Source: Nitrosospira multiformis ATCC 25196
GTDB lineage: Bacteria > Pseudomonadota > Gammaproteobacteria > Burkholderiales > Nitrosomonadaceae
Length of the DNA stretch: 32,000 bases
NCBI RefSeq assembly: GCF_000196355.1
Contig: NC_007614.1
Span: 1,680,001-1,712,000 of the forward strand
Reading direction: 5' to 3'
The notes beneath the pieces were generated by a model. The model had not been told where the DNA came from, did not search any database, and saw nothing but the letters and a program-made list of their open reading frames with translations. This document shows, piece after piece, positions 7,227-14,813 of the stretch (its first letter is position 1; every line of letters starts with the position of its first letter). The position numbers and the translations under genes are program-made.

Positions 7227-9179
7227 TCAGAATTTCCAGCTGAGGTTTGCCCGAACACCATGGTCGGCAATGTTGTGAAGAATTTGTCCCTGATAATAAA
7301 TGCCCAAGGTTGCAGTTCCAAAAACATGAGCATCCACGCCTCCGGTGAGAACTATTCCGTTGCGGGCAATAGGCACACCGGTTGTAGCAAAGGATGAGCC
7401 ATTAGCAAAAGCGAAAGTCGAAACCGGCGTCATCTCACCCATAGCATGCCGCCATCCAATGCTTCCGCGAAGCGTGGTAACTATCTTCTCCAGTCGGGAT
7501 AGCGTCTTCGCCACATTGATTCCCAGAGTAGTATATGCGGTATCCTGCTGACTGCTACCGCTGCGCAGACTTGATATCCCTCCACGCTCCTGAAAACCTT
7601 TTGTACGCAGGTTTATGTAAGCGAGCCGTGCAAATGGTTCGAGTGAGATGAAGTTCAGGGGCAAACCATAACCAACCTCGCCGAACACCTGTATTCCGCG
7701 CGCATTGTATTCGGCATTGAGGTGATTTGAAAAACCTGGAAAGATCACGTCCCGCCCTGTCTCCAGATCGTGCCAGATGTATGCGGAACCCGCGCGTAAG
7801 CCAAGAGGTCCCCATTGTCCGCCACCATAAACGGAAACGTGATAATTGTCGCTTGAAGCGGTGAAAAGACGCGCTCCTTCATAGGATCCCTGCGTGTATC
7901 CTCCGGCAACGCCGAGAAGAAATTTATCAGCAATCCGCATATCTCCGCCCACAAAAATTCCAGCAAGCGCACGCCCGATGCGGGCAGCATTAAGGCCTCC
8001 ATCCCGGTGGCCGAACGAACCCAGGACACGTCCCCATAATGCCCCATCAGCAGCAGAGTTCTGTTGAAGGATATGTCCTGGGGTATCAGAGGACTGCGCA
8101 CCCACCAGATGAAAAGCTTGCCTGACCCGGTCTGAAACCGATTCCCGTATAAACCGGCTGTCTTCAATGATAATACCCTGAATGCTGGCGTGCCCTTCGC
8201 CGGAAAGACTGTTAAAAGCCTGGCGCACGCTCTCCTGATCTGGCTGATGGACAATTGCTCTATAGATAGGATTGCCGCCACCCAACCGCTCGGCTGCGCT
8301 TCCTGTGGCGCACTGATTAGGCGTCTCGCCGATATCGCAAAAGCGCAAAACATCGAGGTAGACGTGAGTAGGATCATAGGAGATACCCAGGTTGATCAGG
8401 CCATGCGTGAGTGAATCGAATTTTCCAGTCAAACCGCTATTCGCTGTCAGGATGGTGAAGCGGCTGCCAGGTGTGAATTCCTCTCCCGCAGGAATAACGG
8501 AAACTGTTCCCCCTTGTATATCAGCAAGATCTGTGACAATGACCTGGTCGCTGGCGCCATCGGGATGAATTTCTACTTCATAAGTGGAACCATTCAGCTG
8601 AACATAATTGCCGTGAACCGTAAGCATGCCAATCGAATTTCCCGGGGACACGGTACCTTCGACCCTCGTGGCTCCTATATGTCCGGTACCGTGAAGGGAA
8701 GCATGGTGCAGCACGTGCAGGATCCCGTCCGCCATCCCATTTACCGCCAGGATGCTGCTTCGGGCAGTGGAATGCACGCCGGATGCACCCGAATCTCCTG
8801 ATAATGTCGGCATGCTCAAGTCGGCTTTATTCAGGAAGCCCGACCCCGAAATCGTACCGTCATAGTGGATACTGCCCGGCTGATTGAATATCAGATGGGA
8901 GGAGTCCTGCACATTATTCGTATTATTCTGAAATGTATCTTCGGCATCGCTGAACTGCGTTTTGGGGAGCCATGACTGAAAACTTATGCCATCAGGCAAA
9001 GTGGCAGAAGCTGTGCTCCGGGTATCGTTACTACGGCTCATTCCCTTCTCGATACTGCTTACATCCCCCATAAGGCCTTGCTGAGCCCGAGAGGATAACG
9101 ACGCAACCGGAGCCATCAACAAAGCAATAATGAATTTCGCATAAAGAGAAAGAGAAGCTGATTTTTTTCTTTTTGCCAT
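7227..9179 (-). CDS. Autotransporter outer-membrane protein (short passenger plus beta-barrel)
   Basis: 650 aa. Signal peptide MAKRKKSASLSLYAKFIIALLMAPVASLSS. Passenger segment SPGNSIGMLTVHGNYVQLNGSTYEVEI...GKFDSL is typical of autotransporter-associated beta-strand repeats. The C-terminal ~280 aa is barrel-like with alternating pattern, and the terminus is NLSWKF. Confidence 0.85.
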   Translation of the reverse strand: MAKRKKSASLSLYAKFIIALLMAPVASLSSRAQQGLMGDVSSIEKGMSRSNDTRSTASATLPDGISFQSWLPKTQFSDAEDTFQNNTNNVQDSSHLIFNQPGSIHYDGTISGSGFLNKADLSMPTLSGDSGASGVHSTARSSILAVNGMADGILHVLHHASLHGTGHIGATRVEGTVSPGNSIGMLTVHGNYVQLNGSTYEVEIHPDGASDQVIVTDLADIQGGTVSVIPAGEEFTPGSRFTILTANSGLTGKFDSLTHGLINLGISYDPTHVYLDVLRFCDIGETPNQCATGSAAERLGGGNPIYRAIVHQPDQESVRQAFNSLSGEGHASIQGIIIEDSRFIRESVSDRVRQAFHLVGAQSSDTPGHILQQNSAADGALWGRVLGSFGHRDGGLNAARIGRALAGIFVGGDMRIADKFLLGVAGGYTQGSYEGARLFTASSDNYHVSVYGGGQWGPLGLRAGSAYIWHDLETGRDVIFPGFSNHLNAEYNARGIQVFGEVGYGLPLNFISLEPFARLAYINLRTKGFQERGGISSLRSGSSQQDTAYTTLGINVAKTLSRLEKIVTTLRGSIGWRHAMGEMTPVSTFAFANGSSFATTGVPIARNGIVLTGGVDAHVFGTATLGIYYQGQILHNIADHGVRANLSWKF

Positions 9180-9819
9180 GCTCTACAGGAATAATCCAGC
9201 CCTGGCTTCCGCTCCTCCTTCCGGGGGACGTCCAGATTGATGGTAGTAGAAATGCCCTACCGCAGCCGGAAACGCGGTTCCACGGCAGAAACAAATTTGA
9301 ACTGAGGCGACTACCGGCCCTGCAGCTTTTCAAAGATCGAAAGCTGAAGTTATGACGGGGGTGGAAGTTATGACGGCGGGGCGTTACACCCGGATTGAGG
9401 CAATTCTTGAAAAGACGTGGAAACGTACTCAGGCAGACAATGAGGTGAATTTATCGGAAAGTTTTCCTGATATTTGACGGGCAAATGACAACGGCACATG
9501 ATGGAATCAGAGTAAGCTACCAGACGGATTCAAATGGAATCCATTGTTAATCCATGAGCATATGACAGAGCGAGGCTTAAAGCAACCCCTTGGACCCGTT
9601 ACCTTAGTAGATCTTTAGGGTGTTTTTCCGTTGGATGGGCTCGAATCAATGATGTCAGTAGACTTAACGGCGTGGACAGAATATCCCTCAGAAGTCTGCG
9701 CGTGCCCTACAATCACTTTTGGTTGATGCATGCCTCCCGCGTTGAGAACATGTGCTCTAGAGGGAATTGCCAGGCGGAAAATGGTATGTGCAGTTCCATC
9801 GAACAAAAAGGATGAAAGA

Positions 9820-10080
9820 TTAATACCGTTTCAGAGGAACCGGCCCGGAATCGGGATGTTCGTTTCTCGGATCGTGGTGCGCTTCAGTTCCGGTAATTGA
9901 TTTTTTCGCTTCCTCCTGAATTTCCTGTTTCTTGGTTCCACGGTTCCCTATTTTTTCCTGAACTCTGTTTCCGTGGGTTTCTTCATCGACAGCCACACCC
10001 TCATCCGCTTCATCCGGCATTTGAGCCGTTGCTTCGTCTTCCCTCAATTCCTCATCTTTGGTTTTCCGTGGATCTTCCAT
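9820..10080 (-). CDS. Small highly charged, acidic, low-complexity protein (hypothetical)
   Basis: 86 aa rich in E, D and K, with no hydrophobic segment and no signal peptide. AGGAG lies 5 nt upstream of the ATG. It ends in KRY. Confidence 0.5.
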   Translation of the reverse strand: MEDPRKTKDEELREDEATAQMPDEADEGVAVDEETHGNRVQEKIGNRGTKKQEIQEEAKKSITGTEAHHDPRNEHPDSGPVPLKRY

Positions 10081-10328
10081 AATGGCTCCTGCAAGTTTTA
10101 TCGGTCAATTGCATCTACATACGTTTTATTTTCCTCTTACTGACAAATAAAATCGGTGCGATAGCGCACACCATCCACTCTACATATGGTTGTGTCTGGT
10201 AGCGCACAGAATTTTTCACAGCTCAGCCCCATCATGGCCTGGCGGTTTTCATCGCATGTCTGCATGTTTCCTCTCAAGTCTGCACTTTTTTAACGCAGCA
10301 TTCCAACACATAACTTAGGAGAAGAATT

Positions 10329-10859
10329 ATGAAGAAATCGGTCGTACTGGCAATGGCTCTGATGCTTCCTGCGTTTACCGTCAGCGTACAAGCGGCAGAT
10401 ACTCAAGGCGCTCTCACTGACGCGGAAATCGCACACATTGTGGTAACTGCGAACACCGCTGATATTGAAAACGGAAACCTGGCCAAGACAAAAGCCTCAA
10501 ATGAAGATGTCCGCGGATTTGCCCAGCGAATGATCGCCGACCACACGGACAGCAACCAGCAAGCGTCCGAGCTCGCCAAAAAACTCAATGTCACCCCTAA
10601 GGACAACGCGATCAGTCAGAGTCTGAAGGATGACGCCAAAGCGAGTCTCGAAAAGCTGAAAGGCCTGAGCGGCAAGGAATTTGACAAAGCCTACATTGAC
10701 GGTGAAATCGCGCTTCACAAAAAGGTCATCGATGTCGCTGACAACAAGCTCGTGCCCAACGTCAAGAACGAGGAACTGAAGGCATTGCTGATTCAAACAC
10801 GCCCAACCCTTGTCTCCCACCGTGAGCACGCAGAAAAAATCAAGTCCACCCTCAAGTAA
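10329..10859 (+). CDS. DUF4142 domain-containing periplasmic protein (ferritin-like fold family)
   Basis: 176 aa. Signal peptide ...TVSVQA|AD. Paired helical repeats (AEIAHIVVTANTADIENGNLA..., FAQRMIADHTDSNQQ, FDKAYIDGEIALHKKV) are typical of DUF4142. AGGAG lies upstream of the ATG. Confidence 0.8.
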   Translation: MKKSVVLAMALMLPAFTVSVQAADTQGALTDAEIAHIVVTANTADIENGNLAKTKASNEDVRGFAQRMIADHTDSNQQASELAKKLNVTPKDNAISQSLKDDAKASLEKLKGLSGKEFDKAYIDGEIALHKKVIDVADNKLVPNVKNEELKALLIQTRPTLVSHREHAEKIKSTLK

Positions 10860-10874
10860 CATGAATCCAGTCAG

Positions 10875-10899
10875 AACCTGTCGTTCTGGCAGGTTTTTC
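10875..10899 (+). terminator. Candidate rho-independent terminator after the DUF4142 gene
   Basis: AACCTG-tcgttctgg-CAGGTT followed by TTTTCT, 16 nt after the stop. An alternative CAGAAC/GTTCTG pairing overlaps it. Confidence 0.45.
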
Positions 10900-10996
10900 T
10901 GTTGAAATCCCAAGGAAGAAGCAGGATGTTGCGTCCCCGCGACGCAACATTCACTTGACAAAACCAAATCCAATACTCACGTCCTTCATCCTCACT

Positions 10997-11059
10997 ATGC
11001 GTAAACTCAAAACCATCGTCATCGGCAGCGGCTTGGCAGGCTTTGTCCGTGGCCCTTGA
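10997..11059 (+). pseudogene. Remnant of an FAD/NAD(P)-dependent oxidoreductase N-terminus (20 codons, then stop)
   Basis: MRKLKTIVIGSGLAGFVRGP* contains the dinucleotide-binding GxGxxG start (IVIGSGLAG) typical of such enzymes. It terminates after 20 codons and I could find no continuation. Confidence 0.3.
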
Positions 11060-11167
11060 AGGTGCGGTAATTGCAGGTAACAGTCAGCATATGAAGTAAT
11101 CAGCGCAGAAAAATTAGTGTAGATGAGCCTTCATCGAGATACGGAACCGATATGAAGGGAGGAATCT

Positions 11168-11300
11168 ATGGCACAGGAAAGGATACAGACGCAGCGCATA
11201 CGCGAACATATCACCGCCCTGGCTTCCGACATAGGTGAGCGTAATCTCTACCGATACGATCAACTGGAGACGGTAGTTGCGAGCTTCGTGCGTTCAGCGT
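11168..11300 (+). pseudogene. Probable N-terminal fragment of an M28-type peptidase gene
   Basis: GGGAGG RBS followed by MAQERIQTQRIREHITALASDIGERNLYRYDQLETVVASF.... This resembles the conserved N-terminal helix of M28 peptidases (hv..La..IGeRn). The rest of the 169-aa track ORF is antisense to a better-supported gene, crosses its terminator, and follows an 11-bp tandem duplication. Confidence 0.3.
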
Positions 11301-11309
11301 GCGTTCAGC
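11288..11309. repeat. Perfect 2 x 11-bp tandem duplication GTGCGTTCAGC
   Basis: Read directly at 11288-11298 and 11299-11309. The unit is not a multiple of 3, so it would shift any reading frame crossing it. Confidence 0.9.
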
Positions 11310-11342
11310 GAGCTAGCGCGCAGGTACTTCTGAAGGAACTCC

Positions 11343-11383
11343 GGAGAAAAGGCGCGTCAGCATTAGATCGCGGATCGCGCCTT
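11343..11383 (-). terminator. Candidate rho-independent terminator of the glycine-rich protein gene
   Basis: On the minus strand, AAGGCGCG (11383-11376) pairs with CGCGCCTT (11356-11349) and runs into TTTTCTCC. It starts 17 nt after the stop at 11400. Confidence 0.5.
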
Positions 11384-11399
11384 GCGCACAGCGAGGAAA

Positions 11400-11741
11400 C
11401 TAATACCCCCCGCCCCCAGATTGGCCGGATGATCCCCCTCCCTGCGACCCCCCACCCTGTCCCGAGCGTTTTTCATAAGATTTATCGTGCATATCATGCT
11501 TTTTGCCATGGGGCTTGTCATACCCGGGCTGACCGGCATCCTGCCCTGAACCGGAGCCCGATTGTTGATAACCCCGTGGCTCGGGCGCGTTACTCCCTTT
11601 TCCCTGCCCGGACATATCCCCATATTCTCCGGTCTGCTCACCGGCCCCTGCTGCCTGGGCTACCCCTGCGGCGCTAAAAGCGATTGCGCCGGCCAGCACG
11701 ACAGACTGCGCTAATTTTTTCAGTATTAAAACATTTTCCAT
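11400..11741 (-). CDS. Secreted Gly/Ser/Gln-rich low-complexity protein (A)
   Basis: 113 aa. Signal peptide MENVLILKKLAQSVVLAGAIAFSAAGVAQA|AG. The mature part is about 83 aa with no hydrophobic core, a His/Lys patch (HGKKHDMHDK) and a tail GGGSQGGGSSGQSGGGGY. AAGGAA RBS 5 nt upstream, and a terminator downstream. Confidence 0.7.
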   Translation of the reverse strand: MENVLILKKLAQSVVLAGAIAFSAAGVAQAAGAGEQTGEYGDMSGQGKGSNAPEPRGYQQSGSGSGQDAGQPGYDKPHGKKHDMHDKSYEKRSGQGGGSQGGGSSGQSGGGGY

Positions 11742-11951
11742 GATGGTTCCTTGAGATTAATCCAGCAAAATCGCTGAACTTAAATGCTACTCAGATCAAG
11801 AGGTCTTTCCGTACGTTTACACACAAAGGAGAAAGAATCGAAGAGTTAAAACCAAAAGAAACAAAAAAATCATTATGGAAAAATGTGAGGAGTGAACAGC
11901 ACTGCCGGCTGAAAACTGGCAAATATAGGGGGAAGGAGGTAATCACTCTGA

Positions 11952-12700
11952 TTATTTCTCTTCCAAATCAAATTCGTAGGTATCACCATGCTCCAGATAA
12001 ATAATCTTGTCCTGTAACCCCGCCCGCTCCATTTCCTTCTTGAAATCGCTCAAAGGTGACTTGAAGACATCATAATCGTTGTAATGGATGGGAATAGCCT
12101 TTCTGGGAACGATGAGCTGCATCATTTTGACCCCCTCTTTTGCATCCATGGTCACGGTCACAAGCCCTAGCAGGCGCGTGCCGCCCAGATGCAGCAGGGC
12201 GAGGTCAACATCGGGATAGCGCCTTGGGATCTCCTTGATGTCGTCAAAAACCATCGTGTCACCGCTGATGTACATCCTGTAGCTGCGCGGTGAATTCTTG
12301 ATTCCGAAATCCAGCAACGAACCCATTACTTCGGGCAGCAATTCAGCAACAATGGGGGGTCCGTGGCGCCCCGGCATGGCAGTTACCCGAAGTAAAGTGT
12401 TGCCTCTCTCGACAATGAGCGTATCCCAGGTTTTGAGCGGATGACGCTTCATGAATCCCAGCTCCTTCAAGGACTTCCCAGCTTCTTCCGTTGTCACAAT
12501 GGGGATATTCCGATCAAGATTTTTCTGAACAAACTTGTCGAAATGATCCTCATGCATATGTGAGAGTACAACCAGATCGATTGGCGGCAGGTTTCCAAGT
12601 TCAATAGCGGGATTGGTAAGCCGTTCAGAGGTAAGTCCATATCCGAGATGGACGTGGTCCCCTCGATGCAGAAAATTCGGATCGGTAAGAATTGTCAGAT
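11952..12700 (-). pseudogene. MBL-fold metallo-hydrolase, 3' portion (gene split by IS insertion)
   Basis: The frame is open from 12698 to the stop at 11952. It encodes ...LTILTDPNFLHRGDHVHLGYGL...IDLVVLSHMHEDHFD (the HxHxDH motif) and the 201-aa track ORF. The upstream in-frame sequence ends abruptly at the IS left end. Confidence 0.85.
12697..12700. repeat. Target-site duplication AGAT (left copy)
   Basis: AGAT lies immediately outside the IS left end and is matched by AGAT at 13944-13947 immediately outside the right end. Confidence 0.85.
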
Positions 12701-12746
12701 TGATGTGCTCCCCATAAAACGTGCCATCTGGAATCTAGTAAAGTTC
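12701..12746. repeat. IS left terminal inverted repeat
   Basis: Aligned by hand to the reverse complement of 13899-13943. The first 8 nt (TGATGTGC) are identical, as are the GTGCCA, CTAG and AAAGTTC blocks. One indel. Confidence 0.75.
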
Positions 12747-12768
12747 GTTTTTCGAGAGGAGAACGGAC

Positions 12769-13032
12769 GTGAAGAAGCGATTTACGGATGAACAAATTAT
12801 TGGATTTCTGAAGCAGGCAGATGGAGGCATTCCGGTCAGGGAATTGTGCCGCCAGCATGGTTTTTCCGATGCGTCGTTTTACACCTGGCGTGCCAGGTTT
12901 GGTGGGATGACAGTATCGGATGCCAGGCGGTTGCGAGATCTTGAAGCAGAGAATGCTCAGCTCAAGAAGCTTTTAGCCGAGTCGCTTCTTGATGCTCAAG
13001 CCTTGAAGGTTGCTTTGGGCCGAAAGCATTAA
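12769..13032 (+). CDS. IS3-family transposase OrfA (HTH plus leucine zipper)
   Basis: 87 aa with a GTG start, GAGAGGAG 7 nt upstream. MKKRFTDEQIIGFLKQADGGIPVRELCRQHGFSDASFYTWRARFGGM...LEAENAQLKKLLAE is the canonical IS3/IS407 OrfA pattern. Confidence 0.9.
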   Translation: MKKRFTDEQIIGFLKQADGGIPVRELCRQHGFSDASFYTWRARFGGMTVSDARRLRDLEAENAQLKKLLAESLLDAQALKVALGRKH

Positions 13033-13058
13033 CTCCACAGGCCAGGCGTGAGGCAGTA

Positions 13059-13889
13059 ATGGCGATGCTTGAGCAGACGAACGTTTCCGAACGCCGTGCC
13101 TGCCTGCTTGTGGATATATCACGTACGGTATTGCACTACATGTCCAAGGTGCGGCTGGAGAATGAGCAACTGCAAGGTCGAATGGTTGAGTTGGCCTCTG
13201 AACGCCGTCGTTTTGGTTATCGACGCATTCATGCCCTGCTGCGGCGTGAGGGTGTTGAAGCCAATCACAAACGCATCTTTCGCCTTTACCAGGCTGCCGG
13301 GTTGGCAGTAAAGCGCCGACGCAGGCGAGGGGGCGTAGCAGTTGAACGTGAGCAATTGGCATTGCCAAGCCAGCCCAACGAGGTATGGTCAATGGATTTC
13401 ATCTGTGATGCACTGGCGAATGGCAGACGCATCAAGGTATTGACCATCGTTGATGACTTCACCAAGGAATCCATTGATCTGGTAGCTGAACATGGCATTT
13501 CGGGACAACATGTCGTGCGCGTATTGGAGCAAGCTTCACAGTTTCGTGGGTTGCCCTTGGCCATTCGCACCGATCAGGGACCGGAGTTCACCAGCAAGGC
13601 ACTGGATCAGTGGGCTTATAAGCATGGTGTCCAGCTCAAATTGATTGAGGCGGGCAAGCCGACGCAAAATGCATATATTGAGAGCTTCAACGGTCGGTTT
13701 CGGGATGAGTGCCTGAACGATCACTGGTTTACCAGCCTGGCTGAGGCACGGATTCGGATATCAGCCTGGCGGCGCGACTACAACGAGCATCGACCGCACA
13801 GTGCACTAAATTACCTAACCCCGGCAGAATTTGCAGCCAACTGCCGCAGGCAAGAAGAAATAAACGGCTGTGAAAGAAATGGAAGCTAA
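13059..13889 (+). CDS. IS3-family transposase OrfB (DDE catalytic domain), probably expressed as an OrfAB fusion by -1 frameshift
   Basis: 276 aa from the first ATG. The frame is -1 relative to OrfA and is open from 12993, overlapping the OrfA 3' end by 40 nt. DDE residues sit in WSMDF, IRTDQGPEF and ESFNGRFRDE contexts. No A6G heptamer is present, so slippage near CGAAAGC (13021-13027) is a guess. Confidence 0.9.
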   Translation: MAMLEQTNVSERRACLLVDISRTVLHYMSKVRLENEQLQGRMVELASERRRFGYRRIHALLRREGVEANHKRIFRLYQAAGLAVKRRRRRGGVAVEREQLALPSQPNEVWSMDFICDALANGRRIKVLTIVDDFTKESIDLVAEHGISGQHVVRVLEQASQFRGLPLAIRTDQGPEFTSKALDQWAYKHGVQLKLIEAGKPTQNAYIESFNGRFRDECLNDHWFTSLAEARIRISAWRRDYNEHRPHSALNYLTPAEFAANCRRQEEINGCERNGS

Positions 13890-13898
13890 TTTATAACT

Positions 13899-13943
13899 GA
13901 ACTTTGCTAGAACGCCCCTGGCACTACTACCGGGGGCACATCA
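13899..13943. repeat. IS right terminal inverted repeat
   Basis: Its reverse complement aligns with 12701-12746 (see the left repeat). Confidence 0.75.
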
Positions 13944-14098
13944 AGATCGCCATAACGAATAATGACCGTTGCGGTACCCAAAAAAGTAATTGAACCGGTT
14001 GCAGGCCTATCCGCGTCCTCCTGACCTGATGGAAGTTGCAGCAAATATGAAGTTGGCATTCTCATTGTTGAGAGTCTTCCCTTGCTGGAGTGGGTCAC
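13944..14098 (-). pseudogene. MBL-fold metallo-hydrolase, 5' portion (gene split by IS insertion)
   Basis: Encodes ...RPATGSITFLGTATVIIRYGDL, the typical first beta-strands of an MBL fold, up to the IS boundary. Beyond that the frame reads into the IS repeat and stops at 13907. Start is GTG at 14098 or ATG at 14065. Includes the right AGAT duplication at 13944-13947. Confidence 0.8.
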
Positions 14099-14315
14099 GG
14101 AAGAGTTGACGTTAGGAGCGTCGCAAAAGGGGCGTGACTCGTGGAGGATTGGTGCAGCGGAGGGTTTCCGTACCTCCGGGTGGTGCTCGAGGACAGCATT
14201 AGTACAAACACGCTCCCGGGATTAAAATGAAGCACTGAGGAAGCTTCCCCTGGCCAAAGCAGGGAAAGGCTAACCTCCAGGTGGGCGTGGACTCAAGCAT
14301 TGAACGCGAATCTGC

Positions 14316-14813
14316 TTACTTGGCAATACCTTTGCTGCTTCCATCCGCGGGGGCGCTTGCGTCAAGCTTTGACTTGTCGCTCTTTCCGGTACCGCCACTG
14401 CCTACGCTTTCTCCGGCATGGCCTGCTTTTGTATCGGTGCTCCCGCCCAGAACGCTACGGGCACCCTTGCCTCCTTTATTTTCCCTCACATTGCTGAACC
14501 CCTTATCCCCCGTTGATCCACCCGATGCACTTCCCGCCGGTGACTTTGAACCATCGGAACCACCCCCTCCGCTTCCCGAACTGCCAGGCTCGTCGCTGCC
14601 CAAGGTGTCTTTCGTGCCCCTTGTTGGGTTGTCTTTCTTGTTGTAACTACCCTCGCCCTTCTTGCCTGCATTATCCTGCCCGACGGATGCTCCGCCTGTC
14701 GCGCCGATTGACATTGAGCTGCTTTGAGCACACAGACCTCCTGTAAATCCAAGCGCCAGCAGTGCCACCGCCGTAATGCAGTTTTTCTTGTTCACAATTG
14801 ATGAGCGCATCAT
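14316..14813 (-). CDS. Secreted Gly/Ser/Lys/Asp-rich low-complexity protein (B)
   Basis: 165 aa. Signal peptide MMRSSIVNKKNCITAVALLALGFTGGLCA|QSS. The mature part is about 135 aa with no hydrophobic segment (GSSGSGGGGSDGSKSPAGSASGGSTGDKG...). AAGGAGAG lies 4 nt upstream of ATGATG. Confidence 0.7.
   Translation of the reverse strand: MMRSSIVNKKNCITAVALLALGFTGGLCAQSSSMSIGATGGASVGQDNAGKKGEGSYNKKDNPTRGTKDTLGSDEPGSSGSGGGGSDGSKSPAGSASGGSTGDKGFSNVRENKGGKGARSVLGGSTDTKAGHAGESVGSGGTGKSDKSKLDASAPADGSSKGIAK

Larger units (their letters stand above)
12701..13943 (+). mobile_element. IS3-family insertion sequence (IS407-group-like), 1243 bp, apparently intact
   Basis: Ends are 5'-TGATGTGC... and ...GCACATCA-3'. 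Imperfect terminal inverted repeats of about 45 bp: TGATGTGCTCCCC...GTGCCA...CTAGTAAAGTTC versus TGATGTGCCCCCG...GTGCCA...CTAGCAAAGTTC. Two ORFs in the 0/-1 frame arrangement. 4-bp direct repeats flank the element. Confidence 0.9.

Noticed and set aside
7745-8377. 210-aa alternative-frame ORF and other ORFs inside the autotransporter gene
   Set aside because: They are nested within a 650-aa gene with clear autotransporter features. They have no independent motifs or RBS.
11168-11677. 169-aa plus-strand ORF
   Set aside because: Only the first ~40 codons look protein-like (peptidase-type stub). The remainder is the antisense of the better-supported signal-peptide Gly-rich gene (11400-11741). 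It also crosses that gene's terminator hairpin and follows an 11-bp frameshifting duplication.
12625-12858. 77-aa minus-strand ORF spanning the IS left end
   Set aside because: It straddles the IS/target junction, antisense to the transposase OrfA start. It is an artefact of the insertion.
14281-14646. Pro/Leu/Ser-rich 121-aa plus-strand ORF; likewise 18551-18958 (+) and 14513-14746 (+)
   Set aside because: These are mirror images of Gly-rich coding (GGN read as NCC on the other strand). They have no RBS and no signal peptide. The minus-strand genes have strong RBS sites and signal peptides.
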